In this document: piece after piece, positions 9,422 to 22,179 of the stretch
Position numbering within the stretch: position 1 is the stretch's first letter
How the letters are laid out: each line of letters starts with the position of its first letter
Assembly: GCA_011109175.1 (NCBI GenBank)
Contig: RDEW01000017.1
Span: 833,443 to 897,442, forward strand
Direction: 5' to 3'
Source: Dicyema japonicum
Taxonomy: Eukaryota > Animalia > Dicyemida
Length of the DNA stretch: 64,000 nt
Made by a program: the position numbers and the translations under genes
The notes under the pieces: model-generated
Told to the model about the DNA's origin: nothing
Seen by the model: only the letters and a program-made list of their open reading frames with translations
The model's database searches: none

Positions 9422-12375
9422 ATGTCTGTTTTTTATGATGTACTACACGAAGACACCTCATGCAAAGGGTGCAGAGTATCCAATTCCCGCAAGTGCGGGA
9501 TTCGATGTTCTGTATGTGTTGGTTACTACCACATAGGTTGTGAAAAACTATCCAAGAAAATTGCTCGATCACTTCCCTCGTGGTCGTGCCGTCTGGAACT
9601 CACTAAAATTGAACCTCATGATCATTTTGTGTCATCATCATCTGTATCAGATCTTCTGGAAGCCATGTCTCCGGAGGATTTTCTGGTTTTATTATCAAAC
9701 ACGCGACAAAGGAAGATTATCCCTGTCAGGATCCCCAAGGCTTCCCGGATCTCAATTGCTTCTGCCCTTTCTTCTTGCATTGAGAAAGCTGTGTCCAATG
9801 GCTCGAAAAAGGATTGGATGGTTCTTTTCTCTTTCCCTGTCCCTGGCTATGGGTTAGAGAGTAAGCCTGCCCCATCTTCTCGGAAACCCTCTCTATCCCA
9901 TGTCCTGAAGAAGCGCGTGAGTGCCTTTATGGATTCATGGGAGTCCCTGGCTGAAGAATTATTTGTTTCCCCAGTTGATTACTTCCCAAAGTCCAATTCC
10001 AACAATCCAGTATGGCTCCTGAGAGGCTTCGCTCTCGTGTCAGGAGGAAATTGATGGAGGGCGATCTTACTGCTGCAGTTCGAACTGTTTGTACGGATTC
10101 TGACCCGGTGAAAGCCACTCAGGAGACACTCTGTATATTGGGACAGAAACATCCTCCTGAACCAGAAGACTTTTGTAAACCTGTTCGTCCAGAACAATCT
10201 ATGCATGATATTTCCACTTCAGCCATTTACAACGCTCTTTGTTCTTTCCGAAGAAGTAGCAGTGGAGGAGTTGACGGTCTCAAACCTGGCCATCTGTCAG
10301 ACTTGGTGTCCCATTCTGTCGGCAGGCCTGGATCGCTACTCTTGGAGCGAACCCGGGATCTCGTAGCTCGCATGCTTTCCGGAAACGTTTCCGATTTTGG
10401 TCGGAATCTCCTCTTTTCGGCGAATCTAACGGGCCTTGGAAAGAAAGATGGTGGTATTCGCCCCATTGCAATTGGAAACGTATTTCGACGTTTATCCGCA
10501 AAAATGGCTTGTCGTTTTGTTATCTCCCGAATTTCAGCCGAATTTTGTCCTTCGCAGCTTGGTGTCGGAATCAATGGCGGCTGTGAAGCTGGGATCCACG
10601 CAGTGAGAGAATTTGCGTCACAATCAGCTGAATTGAATGTTGAGGACAGAGTTTTATTCAAATTGGACCTCCGGAATGCCTTCAATTCAGTCAGAAGGGA
10701 CACCGTCCTTGATACCTGTAGGAGGAGGATTCCTCAGATTTATCCCTTTGTATATCTCGCGTATTCGGATCCATCCCCTCTTGTTTTTGGCAGTGGAATT
10801 ATTTCGTCCGGATCCGGAGTTCAACAGGGGGACCCACTCGGTCCTCTTCTATTTTCCTTGTCTATCGACCATATTGCCCAGGACCGTTGCACTCCACTGA
10901 ACGTCTGGTATCTGGACGATTGTATTCTCGGTGGAAGTCCCGATGATATTCTCTCCAAAGTTGCGTCGATCAGAAGTTTGTGTGGAAAAATCGGTCTGGA
11001 ATTTAACAATGAAAAGTGCGAAGCAATTAATCTGAATTTGAGTTCCGATTCATTCTACCTTTTTCATAGAAAACTCTGCGAATCATCCCAGGGGTTAGGG
11101 AGACTCATATTGATTCTCTCGACTTCCTTGGGTGTGGGATTTTGGTAAACCGGGTGAGGGAGTTATTGGAAGGCAAGAGGACTAATTTACGTCAGTATGC
11201 CGACAGGATGAGTTTTTTGGATCATGTCGCCTTTTTTATGCTGAAGAATTGTCTCCTTCTCCCAAAACTCCTTTTTATTCTACGGGGATCCCCATGCTAC
11301 GCCGAAAAAGACCTTCTATCGTTAATTGATATGGATATCCGGTCAACGATGGGGTCCATTCTTAATGTTCGTTTTGATGATTTCGGATGGTTACAGGCCT
11401 CACTCCCTGTAGCCTGCGGTGGTTTGGGTCTTTCTCTTCCTTCGGACGTTGCTTTGGGCGCCTATTTATCTTCGTTCGGCTCGTCAAGGCGTTTAGTGGA
11501 TACGGTCCTTCACTCTACTTCCGGACTAAACGTACCGCTGACGCCGTCGGGAGCCTGGGATGAATGGATGAATTTGTACCTGAATGCTCCGGTCAATTGT
11601 GATAAGCAAAAGTCCTATTTGTTTTGTGTCTTCGAAAAGAAGAAAGAGTCCCTTGAAAAGACGGAAGATGTAAGAAGGCTTGCCTGCCTCAAAACAGCCA
11701 GTTGCCACTCGACGGGGGCCTGGATGAACGCTTATCCATCTGCCGAAATTGGAAACCTGTTGGATGATGAGGCTGTGAGAATAGCTACCTCGCTTCGTCT
11801 TGGTCTTAAATTGTGTGCCGAAAGAAAATGCCGCTGTGGACGTTGGATCGATCCTTTTGGTTATCATCCCTTGTCATGCAAGATGAGTGCGGGTCGTTTC
11901 CCCAGGCACTCCTGTCTTAACATGACATTAAAGAATTCCCTTGCCTCTGCTGGACACCATTGCCTATTAGAACCTGCTGGTCTTTCCCGAATCGATGGAA
12001 AACGCCCTGATGGGATGACGACTTTTCCATTCGCCAACGGACGAAACCTGATCTGGGACGTGACGTGTGTTGATACTTATTCCCCGTCTAATTTGGGTGC
12101 TTCTGCTTCAGACCCAGGACATGCTTCGAAGCAGGCCGAGGAACGAAAGAGGAGGAAGTACCAGAGAATTTCGGAGGAGTATCTTTTTGTTCCATTCGTG
12201 GTGGAAACGTCAGGAATCCTTGGCCCCCAAGCAGATGAGTTGGTTCGTAAGATCGGCTCCATGATTCAAGCTGTGACCAAGGATCCGCGAGAGACTGGTT
12301 GGTTCCGAGAACGTATCTCGTTGGCTATTGTTAGGGGAAATAGCATGGCCATTCAGATGCCTTAATTTAATTTTT
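9422..12375 (+). mobile_element. CRE-like non-LTR retrotransposon (PHD-like finger, RT, REL endonuclease), near full length with two -1 frameshifts
   Basis: CSVCVGYYHIGC; GIRPIAIG, QLGVG, FKLDLRNAFNSV, GVQQGDPLGP, YLDD; CRCG..D..GYHPLSC, RHSCLN, KRPDG, WDVTC, E..K; shifts at about 9985-9991 and about 11070. Confidence 0.9.
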
Positions 12376-12449
12376 ACATTTAAAAGTGTTCTTTAAATAA
12401 ATTGGGTTTAATTTCAAAAAAAAAAATTTTTTTTTAATTAAAAAATTTA

Positions 12450-13250
12450 AAATCCTTGGGTAGGACAGCGTACTTATCCGTTTCCACCTCTCGGCCTTCT
12501 CAGCGGCAGAACAGGCTTCATAGGCACTCTGGAGTAGGTTGCAAGGGGCAAACGTGTCGGTGCAGGTGACGTCCCAGATAAGAAGTTTCTCGGTTTCAAA
12601 AGGGAAGATTGTCATCCCATCTTATCCATCACCGTCACGCCTGCAAAGACCGATTGACTCGAGCATGGAGGGGTGTCCGGCAACGTCCAAAGCTCGCCCA
12701 ACGGCCTTGTTCAAGGCCATGTGTCTGGGAAATCTGCCTGCACTATTCCTGCAGGAGAAAGGGTGTGGGCCAAAACAGTCGATCTGGTCTCCGCATCGGC
12801 CCTATGTGGAACACAGACTTTTAATCCCAATCGTAATGAGATTCCAAAATGGACGCATTCGTCATCCAGGAGGATACCCAAAACTCCATTGAGATTGGCG
12901 TTGAGCCAGACACCTCTCTCGGAAGACGCCTCCGACCTTGGCGATGTTGGCTAGATGACACTAGCAAATCATCAAAAGGAATTACTGCATATATCATCGT
13001 CCAGGCCGCGCTGAGAGAACGCGGAAGGAAGGCAGGCCAAACGAGCATGGCCAGCGTCCTTGTCAATAGAGAATTAAGGCAGAGTGTAGAATCCTCTTGA
13101 CATGGGTGTTACAGACCATTAGCGATGATGGATATGAAAGGATAGAAAGGTCCACAGGGTTGTGAATTCCAAGCCCCCGAGTCTCAATGGCAGCGTAGCT
13201 TGCTTCCATGAGTAATCCTCGGACAGGAAGTTGAAGATACGCTCCGCTGT
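12450..13250 (-). mobile_element. CRE-like REL-domain remnant, tail-to-tail with the previous element
   Basis: LLDDECVRFGISLRLGLKVC; LIWDVTCTDTFAP...AAEKAERWK. Confidence 0.8.
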
Positions 13251-13430
13251 CGTACAGAAGATCACGTTAATCTTTGGAGTTATAATTTATTTTATTTAAA
13301 TAAATTATATTAAATTGTCTTTAAAAAATTTATTTTAAATAAATATGATCCTCACTATCTAGTGGACATTTTATAGTCACATCACCAAGTCTAATGATAA
13401 TAATTCCCAAAGTAAATTAACCATAAATAA

Positions 13431-14408
13431 TCATATAATAGGCTTAATACAGGATACAGGCACTAATCCAGTACAGGTACCCCGTCTCACTTTTATCATA
13501 CCATTAACTTCCACTAATGACTCTGCCCTTAATACTTCATCCGCTTGAAGACTCAACTCATTCATGTTTTTTGCCTCATATTCAAATATTACTTGCACCC
13601 ACGTGGATTCATTTTTTGATGTTTTCTTTCCACCACTAACAGTCAGCACAATCACAACCTCATCAATCCAGGAACCAACGCTCCCAGCAGTTTGGCAGCC
13701 TCTGTGTGGTATTTAAACTGGGCCTGAATCAACTGTAAAAAAGTATCCTCCATACATTCCTGCATTTATTATAACGACAACCCCCTTAGCGGCGAACTCA
13801 CTCATTTTATAAACGGTCTCCTCCATGGCGGTCTCGAAGGCCACTTTGAGGTCCTTTAGTTCAGTGGAAGACTAGGATCACAGAAAGGATCACTGTGTTG
13901 GCGTTTCTGGCCGCGTCGTAGGAAAGACGAAGGTACTCTAGCTCCTTCTGGCATTCTAATGGTCACTGACTTTCTTAACCTCGATCTCTTCGAAATTCTT
14001 GATAAACTTTTCTAGTGAGGCGTAAAATTCTCCGTGGATTTTCTGCACCATTTTCTGCTCAATTTCTGCCAATCCCAATTCCGTGGCACCGATTTCACTG
14101 CAAACTGAAGAAATCGAGGTAAAAACACGTGATGTCTGCACAAAACTGGCACCCAAAGACCTGGGATTTATCCTCTTCTCGGTCTGAAGATTGGGGAGAC
14201 TTAAAGGTCGTAAATCACCCATAATTGAGCGAACAGCCTTCTTTATGTTCTGACATTTGTTGAATAGGTCTTCGAATTGAGCGTCGTATTGAGTCCTTTC
14301 GGCAGTCCCCAGTATTTCCCCAGTCTTTTGACGAACCTGACTTAGAGGAACTGATGTGCTTTTAACCTTCTTCTTAGCTACATCCATAAAACTCTTAAAT
14401 TTGTCCAT
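13431..14408 (-). CDS. SH3GLB: Endophilin-B-like N-BAR + SH3 protein
   Basis: QKTGEILGTAERTQYDAQFEDL (BAR N-terminus); SH3 QVIFEYEAKNMNELSLQADE...GLVPVSCI; GT-AG introns 13948-13970 (23 nt), 13872-13893 (22), 13760-13781 (22) and 13636-13658 (23) restore one frame; further in-frame introns in exon 1 not excluded. Confidence 0.8.
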
Positions 14409-14488
14409 TACGGCTAATTAGAGTACAATATTAATATATTTGAATTATTATTAATTTTTTGTTAAATACATTAATAATTTAAATCACA

Positions 14489-15102
14489 CAGGGTTTTCAT
14501 ATTTATTTAATAACTTTGTCATAAAATTTAATAACTTTGTCAAATATTTTTGGTATTATTAAGTTCCTACAAAAAACAAATTTCAGCGCAAAAAAAATTA
14601 AATGAATAGTTACAAAAATATTACTGTATCCGAGGATAACCGAAAACTTATAATAATTAGATATGAAGCAGGATTGGCTTATTCAAAATAAGTGAAGACA
14701 TCTGCATTAACTACCAGACAGTTGTTTCCATCGTCAAAAATAAGAGAAGTTTCGCCTCAACAAGACATAATTGTGGACGAAAAAACTTAATTCATCGAAC
14801 ATTTTATTTTTGACTAAAAGAATTGAAGAAGATGCTTCATTTACGGTGAAGACTTTACAAAATTCTTTATTTGATGTGCAAAGAAAAAATGTCTCTCTAT
14901 CGACATTGTGTGCAATGATTTGTATAGCCACATGCGGAGCTATTTAGTTAAAGCATTGGCTAATGAGGAATATTAATTTACAGTTGTTTTTTTAAATTAA
15001 TTATAACATTGGTTTTTTTTCTAATTTGACCTTTGACAAAAGTTATAAAACATTTTGCCAAAGTTATTTAATTTTCTGACAAAGTTATTAAATAAAACCC
15101 TG
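14489..15102 (+). mobile_element. Internally deleted Tc1/IS630-like element retaining only the HTH region
   Basis: TIRs CAGGGTTTT...AATAACTTTGTC at both ends with subterminal repeats; broken frame VSEDNRKLIIIRYEAG...ISEDICINYQTVVSIVK...GRK...IEEDASFTVKTLQ...VSLSTL; TA TSD degenerate. Confidence 0.7.
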
Positions 15103-15349
15103 TCGTTTAATTTATGTGAAATTTTTTGTGGTTCATCTTTTGTAGTGGTGCTGGAAAAGAATTATTATATCCTCTACCTCACCGATTACCACGACGGGGT
15201 GGTTTCATTATATCCCCTGTATTACCTTCTTGCTGTCTGGTGAACTATTTTACAACTGTATGTCAACGAGATCTGTAGCAAACTTATGGAACTATGTGTT
15301 TTGAGGCCTCAAAGTCACATTGCGCTAATTCAGGAGTAAAATATTTGCA

Positions 15350-15600
15350 GATTAGTCTCCACTTCATGTTTCCCAGGATTCTCTGTTATACGGAAGGATA
15401 GGGTAAGTACATCCGATGGAGGCTTTTATATTAGCGGAATTGTATTCACGGATGTCTGTCAAACTGTGTCTTCACTCTGTGAGGGGGATATCTTGGAACA
15501 CATCTCTATTGGCAAATTGTTTTATACATTCCACCATCTGGATAATGTCCGATCTCTTATTTCATAGATATTGAGACTGTGGGCTGAAAGAGATTATTAT
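15350..15600 (+). mobile_element. Degenerate LINE APE remnant
   Basis: VIRKDRVSTSDGG...VFTDV resembles ILRKDRTRSLGGG...LFTDV at about 28670. Confidence 0.4.
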
Positions 15601-16079
15601 TTGTGACGATTTGACATCCATGTATCTTATAGTCTCAGCCACCTTACAGCTTAAGGGAGTATATATTGCCGAGTAGACCATATGACTATAATCCTACTAA
15701 GCCATCAAGCTTAATCCTTAATCCTAAGTCATCAGAGCAATGGCATTATTAATTTTTATTCTGAATTTTTATTTGAAACCAGAAACTTAGACATTTGTAA
15801 AAATCATGTTTTAATTGCCAAAACACACTGCATTGTAGTGATGCCCATACCTAGAGGCCGCGAAACCATTTTTGTACGCGAAAATCGCTGAGTGGTCGTA
15901 ATATCATTTCCGATTTAGTTGACTTCTTTAGATTGTTACTCCTTCTTGTCCAAGCTATTAGGCTCTAGTATGGAAGGGTGTTAGGCAGACTCCAGTCCGC
16001 GATTCACAACATCATTCAAGTTATTGTGACTGGGAATCTCCTAGGTCCCATCCCAAATCTAGCATTTCCTCCGAGAGAA

Positions 16080-17340
16080 AGGGTAGTTACCTCGTCAGGG
16101 CGCTTGCCATCTATACGATCCAGGCCCACAGGTTCCAAAATGACTGGAAACTAGCCGCCCTAAGAGAGATGAACAACCCTTAAATGGCGTCTTGTCTCGG
16201 GAACCGGCCACTGCTGAGACGTCAAGAGAGCGTGTAAAGTCTTTTGCAATCCACAACATATCAACAACGACGTGGATGAGGCTGGCACAAGTCGATCCCG
16301 AGACGGAAGGATATCCGATTTCGGAGGGCATCCTGTTCCAGACGGGAACCAATTGACGATGATGGAACGCGTTCACCAGCCACTGTTGTAAGGGAAAGAG
16401 GCTGACAGAATGCAAGTTTGACGGTCCAAGTCACTGTTTCCAATGGGTCAAATGAGAACTCTTGAACGTAATGTTGGTCCAGTTCCTCAATCTGTGTGTT
16501 CTTCAAAAGCCATCGACCAACTCTTCAATCCATCAGCAATTTTGTCGCCCGGAGCGGATTTGCATAAATCTAAAAGAATAGTTCGGATAAGAACTGTGTT
16601 GTTTGATAAGAGGACAGGAAGGATGGCAAGGAAACGTCCACATGAGAAGTTAGGTCGATACCCCCAAATCTGACGGGTAAGAATGCTTGCATCAATCCAA
16701 TGTTATCGAACTTTCTACTCACAAATTCTTTAGTAGACTTGAAAGTTGAAATTCTCCACATCGGCAATAGCAGCGTTGGGGAGAAAAAACGTGATCCAGC
16801 TTCGTGATTTAGAGAATTCATTTTTCGAGAGTCCCAGATTACAAATTTTGGGTTTACATGCGTTAATCTCGAGTCCATAACTGCTAAGAATGGGAAGAAA
16901 TATTCGAGACTTTTGATTCACCGATCGTAGCATCGTTCAAATACCAACAAATTAAAGCCGTCACAAACGAACGGGCAGCCTCATCGACTGCTGAGGCAAA
17001 AAGAAGTGGGCCAAGAGGATCACCTTATTAGATCTGATGATTTAGTGAGTCCACTACCAATAACGAGATGAGTTGGAGTACCGTTCGTAATGTGAATAAT
17101 TCTTGGGGCTCTCCTCAAAATGGATTCAAGAAGATGGTCCCCTCTCACTTCTCTCACCGGATTGAAGGCGGATTAGGCTTCCAACGGCAATAGGCATGAT
17201 TCCGCACCAGTGCTTCGAGGTAGACAATAAGAAAATAGATTTCACGGGTGATGAGGGGATGTTCATGATACAAACAGGTTTACAAGTTTGGTTAAAAGAA
17301 TATCGTTGATTCCTTCCTCTATTAGAGGTCATCCGAGTAT
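16080..17340 (-). mobile_element. CRE-like RT/REL remnant
   Basis: GDPLGPLLFASAVD...WYLNDATIG; QAFLPVRFGGIDL; ISFRLGIDLCQPH. Confidence 0.75.
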
Positions 17341-17489
17341 TTCGAACTGGTTATTAGGGGTATCTGCGACCATAGGAATTAGTCTATGGAAGAATGATAT
17401 GATTGACTTCCATTCAGGAAACTAGAATCAGAAATTACTAATCTAGCGTTTTGCAGAGTTGAACGTTAGGCCTTTCGAATTAAGTTACC

Positions 17490-17990
17490 CTTCTTAGACT
17501 ATCCAGTACATCATTGGGTTATCCCCCATAGTCCAGTCGTCTAAAAACCACGTGTTTAATGAAGTAGAAGCACATTTGTTACACGGCCGATTCCAAGGCT
17601 GAACAGAATAGACTCCAAGTGGTCCCCTTGCTGGATTTCTGTAAAGTAGGGAATGATGAATTTACGATGTGCCAGGTTTGACTTTTTCCCGTAGGAGGAA
17701 TATACATGGTCGTATATTGAAGGGGGTGCATGAACCAATCTCCAGAATTACATCACAGCGTATGTCGTTAAAGGAATTTTCGATGTCAATCACGAGGATA
17801 ATATACTGGATATTCTTGTAGTGTTGTTCAAAAGTCCACGCAGGATGAATTGGCGCTTACAACTTCCAGGAGTGCCGACACCAACCTAGGCTGGTCGCAG
17901 ATGATCGACAAACCTGGGGAGGACTGTATTGCCCGCCAATTTTGATGATGTGGTATCATTGGGAGTATTGATTGACAGTTTTCTTTTGTT
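17490..17990 (-). mobile_element. CRE-like RT remnant
   Basis: VGVGTPGSC; IQQGDHLESILFSL; WFLDD. Confidence 0.6.
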
Positions 17991-18557
17991 GACTTTTTTG
18001 CTTTTTCGCAGGTCATTTTATCTTTTGCAGGTTTTAACATTTTCCTTGTACTTTTCAACAAAAAGATTTGATTTCTTATTCAATTTTTTTTACAAATTAT
18101 ACAAAGTTGAGGAAGACAAATAAGCTTGGGTCCTTACTTCGAGACAGTGAGGACATCGTTTTATATAGTGTTTGCTCCACTGGTCCTTTGAGTCTCGAGA
18201 AGGCGGGCCAGGACACGAGAGAAGGTTATCTGCGAACATGAAGGGTAAAGTGACGATTTTGTCTGGTCTTATAATGATTTTCTATCGAATACCACGTGGC
18301 GCCAGCGTTAGTGTGGTGCTATGTGGCTACTTGAGTTGAAGATTTTTTGTTTGCTTCTACTCTTCTTCCTCTTCCCTTTGGCTCCAGGGAGCTTGAATTC
18401 TTCATTCAGGTTGGTATCCAAGAAAATAGACTTGCTCACGGGGGAAGACGGATATTCCAGGTAAACTGTTAAATATTCCTGCCACGCGGAGGAAATCGTT
18501 ATTCAGGTATGAAATATTGATGAATTCCGATTTTTATGTTGACCTCAATGCCTAGAT

Positions 18558-18600
18558 CAGTGATTCTTAACCTTTTTTAATCACACTCGCGAATTTTTTT
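18558..18600 (+). mobile_element. hAT (Charlie-type) terminus
   Basis: CAGTGATTCTTAACCTTTTTT preceded by GCCTAGAT (NNNTANNN). Confidence 0.5.
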
Positions 18601-18649
18601 TGCCCTATATTTCACAAGTCAAAAAGTTATTACCACATAATTTTTTTTA

Positions 18650-18830
18650 ACAAAAAATTTTTTTAACAATTAAACAAATTTCAATTGAGGAAGCCTGCTG
18701 CGTGGATTGCGAACGAGTTCCCTCGGAGTATGGCTATTCCAATCTTTTGTCTTAGCCATAACCCTTCTTGTTGATCCCTTTTCTTTCTGGCAAGCAATCC
18801 TCTGAGTTCTCGCAAAACGTACATAATTAT
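18650..18830 (-). mobile_element. CRE-like 3' end
   Basis: WLRQKIGIAILRGNSFAIHAAGFLN* followed by an A/T-rich tail. Confidence 0.7.
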
Positions 18831-19059
18831 TTTAGAAATATTTTTTTATTTAAAAATCATAGTTTTAATGAGATCTCTGTGGTTGATGAGTATTCACATG
18901 ATTCTCTAAATTTGCCTTTCTTTTCTTAAGTGCAATCCTTATATCTCCTATTGTACATTTATTTTGTTTTGTTTTTTTCCCGATGACATTGTTGAGAGTG
19001 TTAAATCCTCTTTCCATGCAATATGAATTCGGAAAACATAGAATGATTTTAGTTCTCAG

Positions 19060-19325
19060 CTAACTAAGTGATCCAAGACCGACAAGGAAGACGACGAGTC
19101 CGGCGGGGTCGAGAATCCTGAACATCTCTTCTCATCGGACATGGCATCGGCTCAAAATTTCTGTATGATTGTGGACATTACGATAATGTATGGAATAGAG
19201 GGCAGCTCGGTAAACTAGCCTCTTTTAAGAGTTTCCTTTGTAATTCGATTAAGAAATTTTTAATGGACTGGATTTTGTGTTCTGGTCCAATTAACCTTAT
19301 TGCAGTCTCCTCGATTATGGATAGT
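19060..19325 (-). mobile_element. APE-RT LINE 3' fragment
   Basis: Reverse-complement homologue of about 1930-2195. Confidence 0.85.
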
Positions 19326-19369
19326 TTCAATGAGAAGGATCGTAAAATCTACATTTCCCACGAAGAAAT

Positions 19370-19652
19370 AAGTTAAAGTAAACAATTAATTAAGTGTATC
19401 CAGTTTCCACTTCTACAGATTCCATCCGGAATCAACATAAAAGGTAAAAGACGTCCATGGTTGCAGTTGTGAAAACCCTCCAGTGGAGTGGGGGAGAGCA
19501 AATGATCCTTTTTTCGTGCCGGCCTGGCACTGGGCGCCACCTAGACAGGTGGATCACATGACACCACTCTAATAGGAAGAAAGAGGAGGAACAGACGAAC
19601 AAAACTGAAACTTCAACCAATTAGTCACGAAGCACCACATGGCGCCACGCGG
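19370..19652 (-). mobile_element. SINE family 2, copy a (tail truncated)
   Basis: Homologous along its length to 47750-48030. Confidence 0.75.
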
Positions 19653-19719
19653 GTATTTCTATTTTGAAATAAATATAAATGTTATATTTTTAATATAATA
19701 TAAATGTTATTGTTATCTA

Positions 19720-20360
19720 TTCGGAAAACATAGAATGATTGCAAGAAGAAAATTGTTATCTACGGTTACTATGCAAAAACTTATGAAATGTTGGATAAGA
19801 AAATGCTCGGTCGGGCCATCACTCCGACTCAGGTTGTATGAGGCGTTCGTGAGGCCCATACTAACATACAACTCTGGGACGTGGGGAATTTCGAAAACGG
19901 ACGAACAAAAACCTTGACTCCTTTCACAGAAGGCAACTTCGGTCTCTCTTGGGACTAAAGTGGCCAATACGTGTAGGGAGTGAAAATTTATATAGAAGAT
20001 GCGGTTCCGGACCTCTGAGCACCATGATCATGAAGGCTCGCTGGAGATTGTTTGGCCATATTCTCAGATTGGAACAAGACACGCCAGCAAACGTCGTCAT
20101 GGAAGAATACTTCGATACGTCAGGGGAGAAGTTCAGAGGTCGTCAAGAATAACTCTTCCGGAAGTCCTTAATGGTGACCTGAGATCAGTAACCAGACAAC
20201 TAAAGGACGGTGAAGACCTTAGTAGTCTGCGGCACTTGGCATCGGACAGGAGGGGATGGGAAAGGCTAATTAAGAGGATTGTTCAGACGCGGCACGAATA
20301 GAATTATAGTTTATATGATTCTATGTAGTTGCTTATAATAATAATAATAATAATAATAAA
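19720..20360 (+). mobile_element. RTE family A, 3' part with (TAA)8
   Basis: LRLYEAFVRPILTYNSGTWG; ARWRLFGHILRL; (TAA)8 at 20336-20359. Confidence 0.8.
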
Positions 20361-22130
20361 TGTTATCTTAACCCCACTTTATTTAACCAACAATAAAGTT
20401 AAATTTAGTAATCACAACCTTCCTCGCCATCCTGTTCGCCAGCCTCTCAGGCAGGTTCGATTCTGGTTTCTGAAACAATTCCGAGAGCGCCTTGTCCAAT
20501 TGAACCTTTTGTTCATATGGATCTCCGGGCTTTGCCTTCTATACTCCAGTGTCAGGCTCTCTAAGGTCCGTTTTAATACAGTAAACTGTAGATAGGCCTG
20601 GAGCTTCCTATCTACCCCTAACTGTTTCAGATAACCCTTGTGGTACTTTGTTGCAATTCCTTCCCACGTCATTACTATTAGAACAACGAGGAGCTTGCAA
20701 CCAAGCATCTGCCCCATCTCGTTTGCAAGCAAGTCATACTTTTTTTTCTCCATCTCCACAGTCTGCAAACGGTCTTGAGACGTAATGCCTAACCTCTATG
20801 ATAAGGACTTGGCCAGACTCCTTCTTGTACCACAATGTCCGGTTTATTGTGCTAGACTATCACCGAGGTACGGATAACACTGTCTACCTTTATCTGAACC
20901 CTGGTGTTCTCTACTACAGATTGCACCTTATGAGTCCGCAACTTTCTGGTGTGGCGAATACCATACTTATTGCATAGTAAAAGATGAAGATTCCTTACTA
21001 CCTCGTTGTGTTTTCACATATAGTCGTGGCAGAGCATGGATCCGTACCGAGTGCCTAAATGATCAACCGACATGCTCCTTGACTTACAATGGGGACATTT
21101 ATTTGTTGATCGACCCCAAAAAATATTGCGGTCTTGCATATACGTGTACAGTACCTCCGATCGAGGTGAGTTGTCACCGTATTTTAGCCATATTGTCGAC
21201 GACTCAAGGTCGACATGTGGGTTGTCCAATGCTCTGAAGAGGACCTTATGAAGGCTTTTTAAGTTGATCTTTTCCATCAAATTATTATATTGTAATTCGA
21301 TCAACGCCTTCACATTTACTAGCCCACCATCATCAACACCATACTTAGCAGACAAAAAAGGTCTGATAGTGCCTAGGTGGGTTGCCCGTGTTTTCTCGGT
21401 CGTTATTATGGCGTGCTTCCTAGCAGACACACTTGACCCAGCTATCAGGGTGTCGTGCATTCGCATTAGGATACGCTCACTTAGTTGGACTACTCCACAC
21501 AGTCCACGGCCGAATTTATCACGGGGTAAATATAGTCTCTCCTTATTGGCTGCCAGCACATGGACATGGTTCTCTCTGAGTACTCCACGGATCATAACAT
21601 CCATCTCATCATACTCTTTGGGCTCAAACTCCACAACACCTATGTAGTAGTTTAGCAGCGAGACAGCATACTCATTTAATGCTAGGAACAAATTCCTTGC
21701 ATTTAGAGACGTCTTACATAATAACGCTGCTCTTTTACAAATGCCTTCAGTAATTTGTCGCTTTGTCTCAGGCATTATAAGGGACTTTGGAGTTCGGTAA
21801 CACCCAGATACTTAAATTTTTCGTGTTCTTCTAAGAACCTTACTAACTCGCTACATACCTGCGTGTTAGTCGCAGACTTGGAATAATTCAAATCTAGTTC
21901 GATACTCTCAAAGAATTCCCTGGCACAGACCCCCATGGAGTAGAGCTCTTCAGCTGTTCGAGCATACATCTTCAGGTCATCGATAAAAAGAAGGTGATTT
22001 GTACTGAAACAACCCCCTCATAATGAACTGGTATTTGCTCAAACCAGTCATTGAGGCGGCGACTCAATGACTTTTAACAGAGAACAAAGAGCAGCGGAGA
22101 CATGCTATCCCTCTGAAGGATACCCCTCTT
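20361..22130 (-). mobile_element. R4/Dong-like REL non-LTR retrotransposon, 5'-truncated and decayed
   Basis: FKYLGV; ERLYLPRDKFGRGL; CPHC..SVDHL; KPDIV; EKKKYDLLANEM..LIVMTWEG. Confidence 0.85.
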
Positions 22131-22179
22131 GTGTTTTACCTCGCTTATCCGGTGCCTATTATTTAATTTAATTCATTAA

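Noticed and set aside
20336-20420. Dong-like 3' end next to (TAA)8, suggesting Dong-type microsatellite targeting
   Set aside because: The tract is equally explained as the RTE-A tail, and the other Dong-like copy lacks such a flank.
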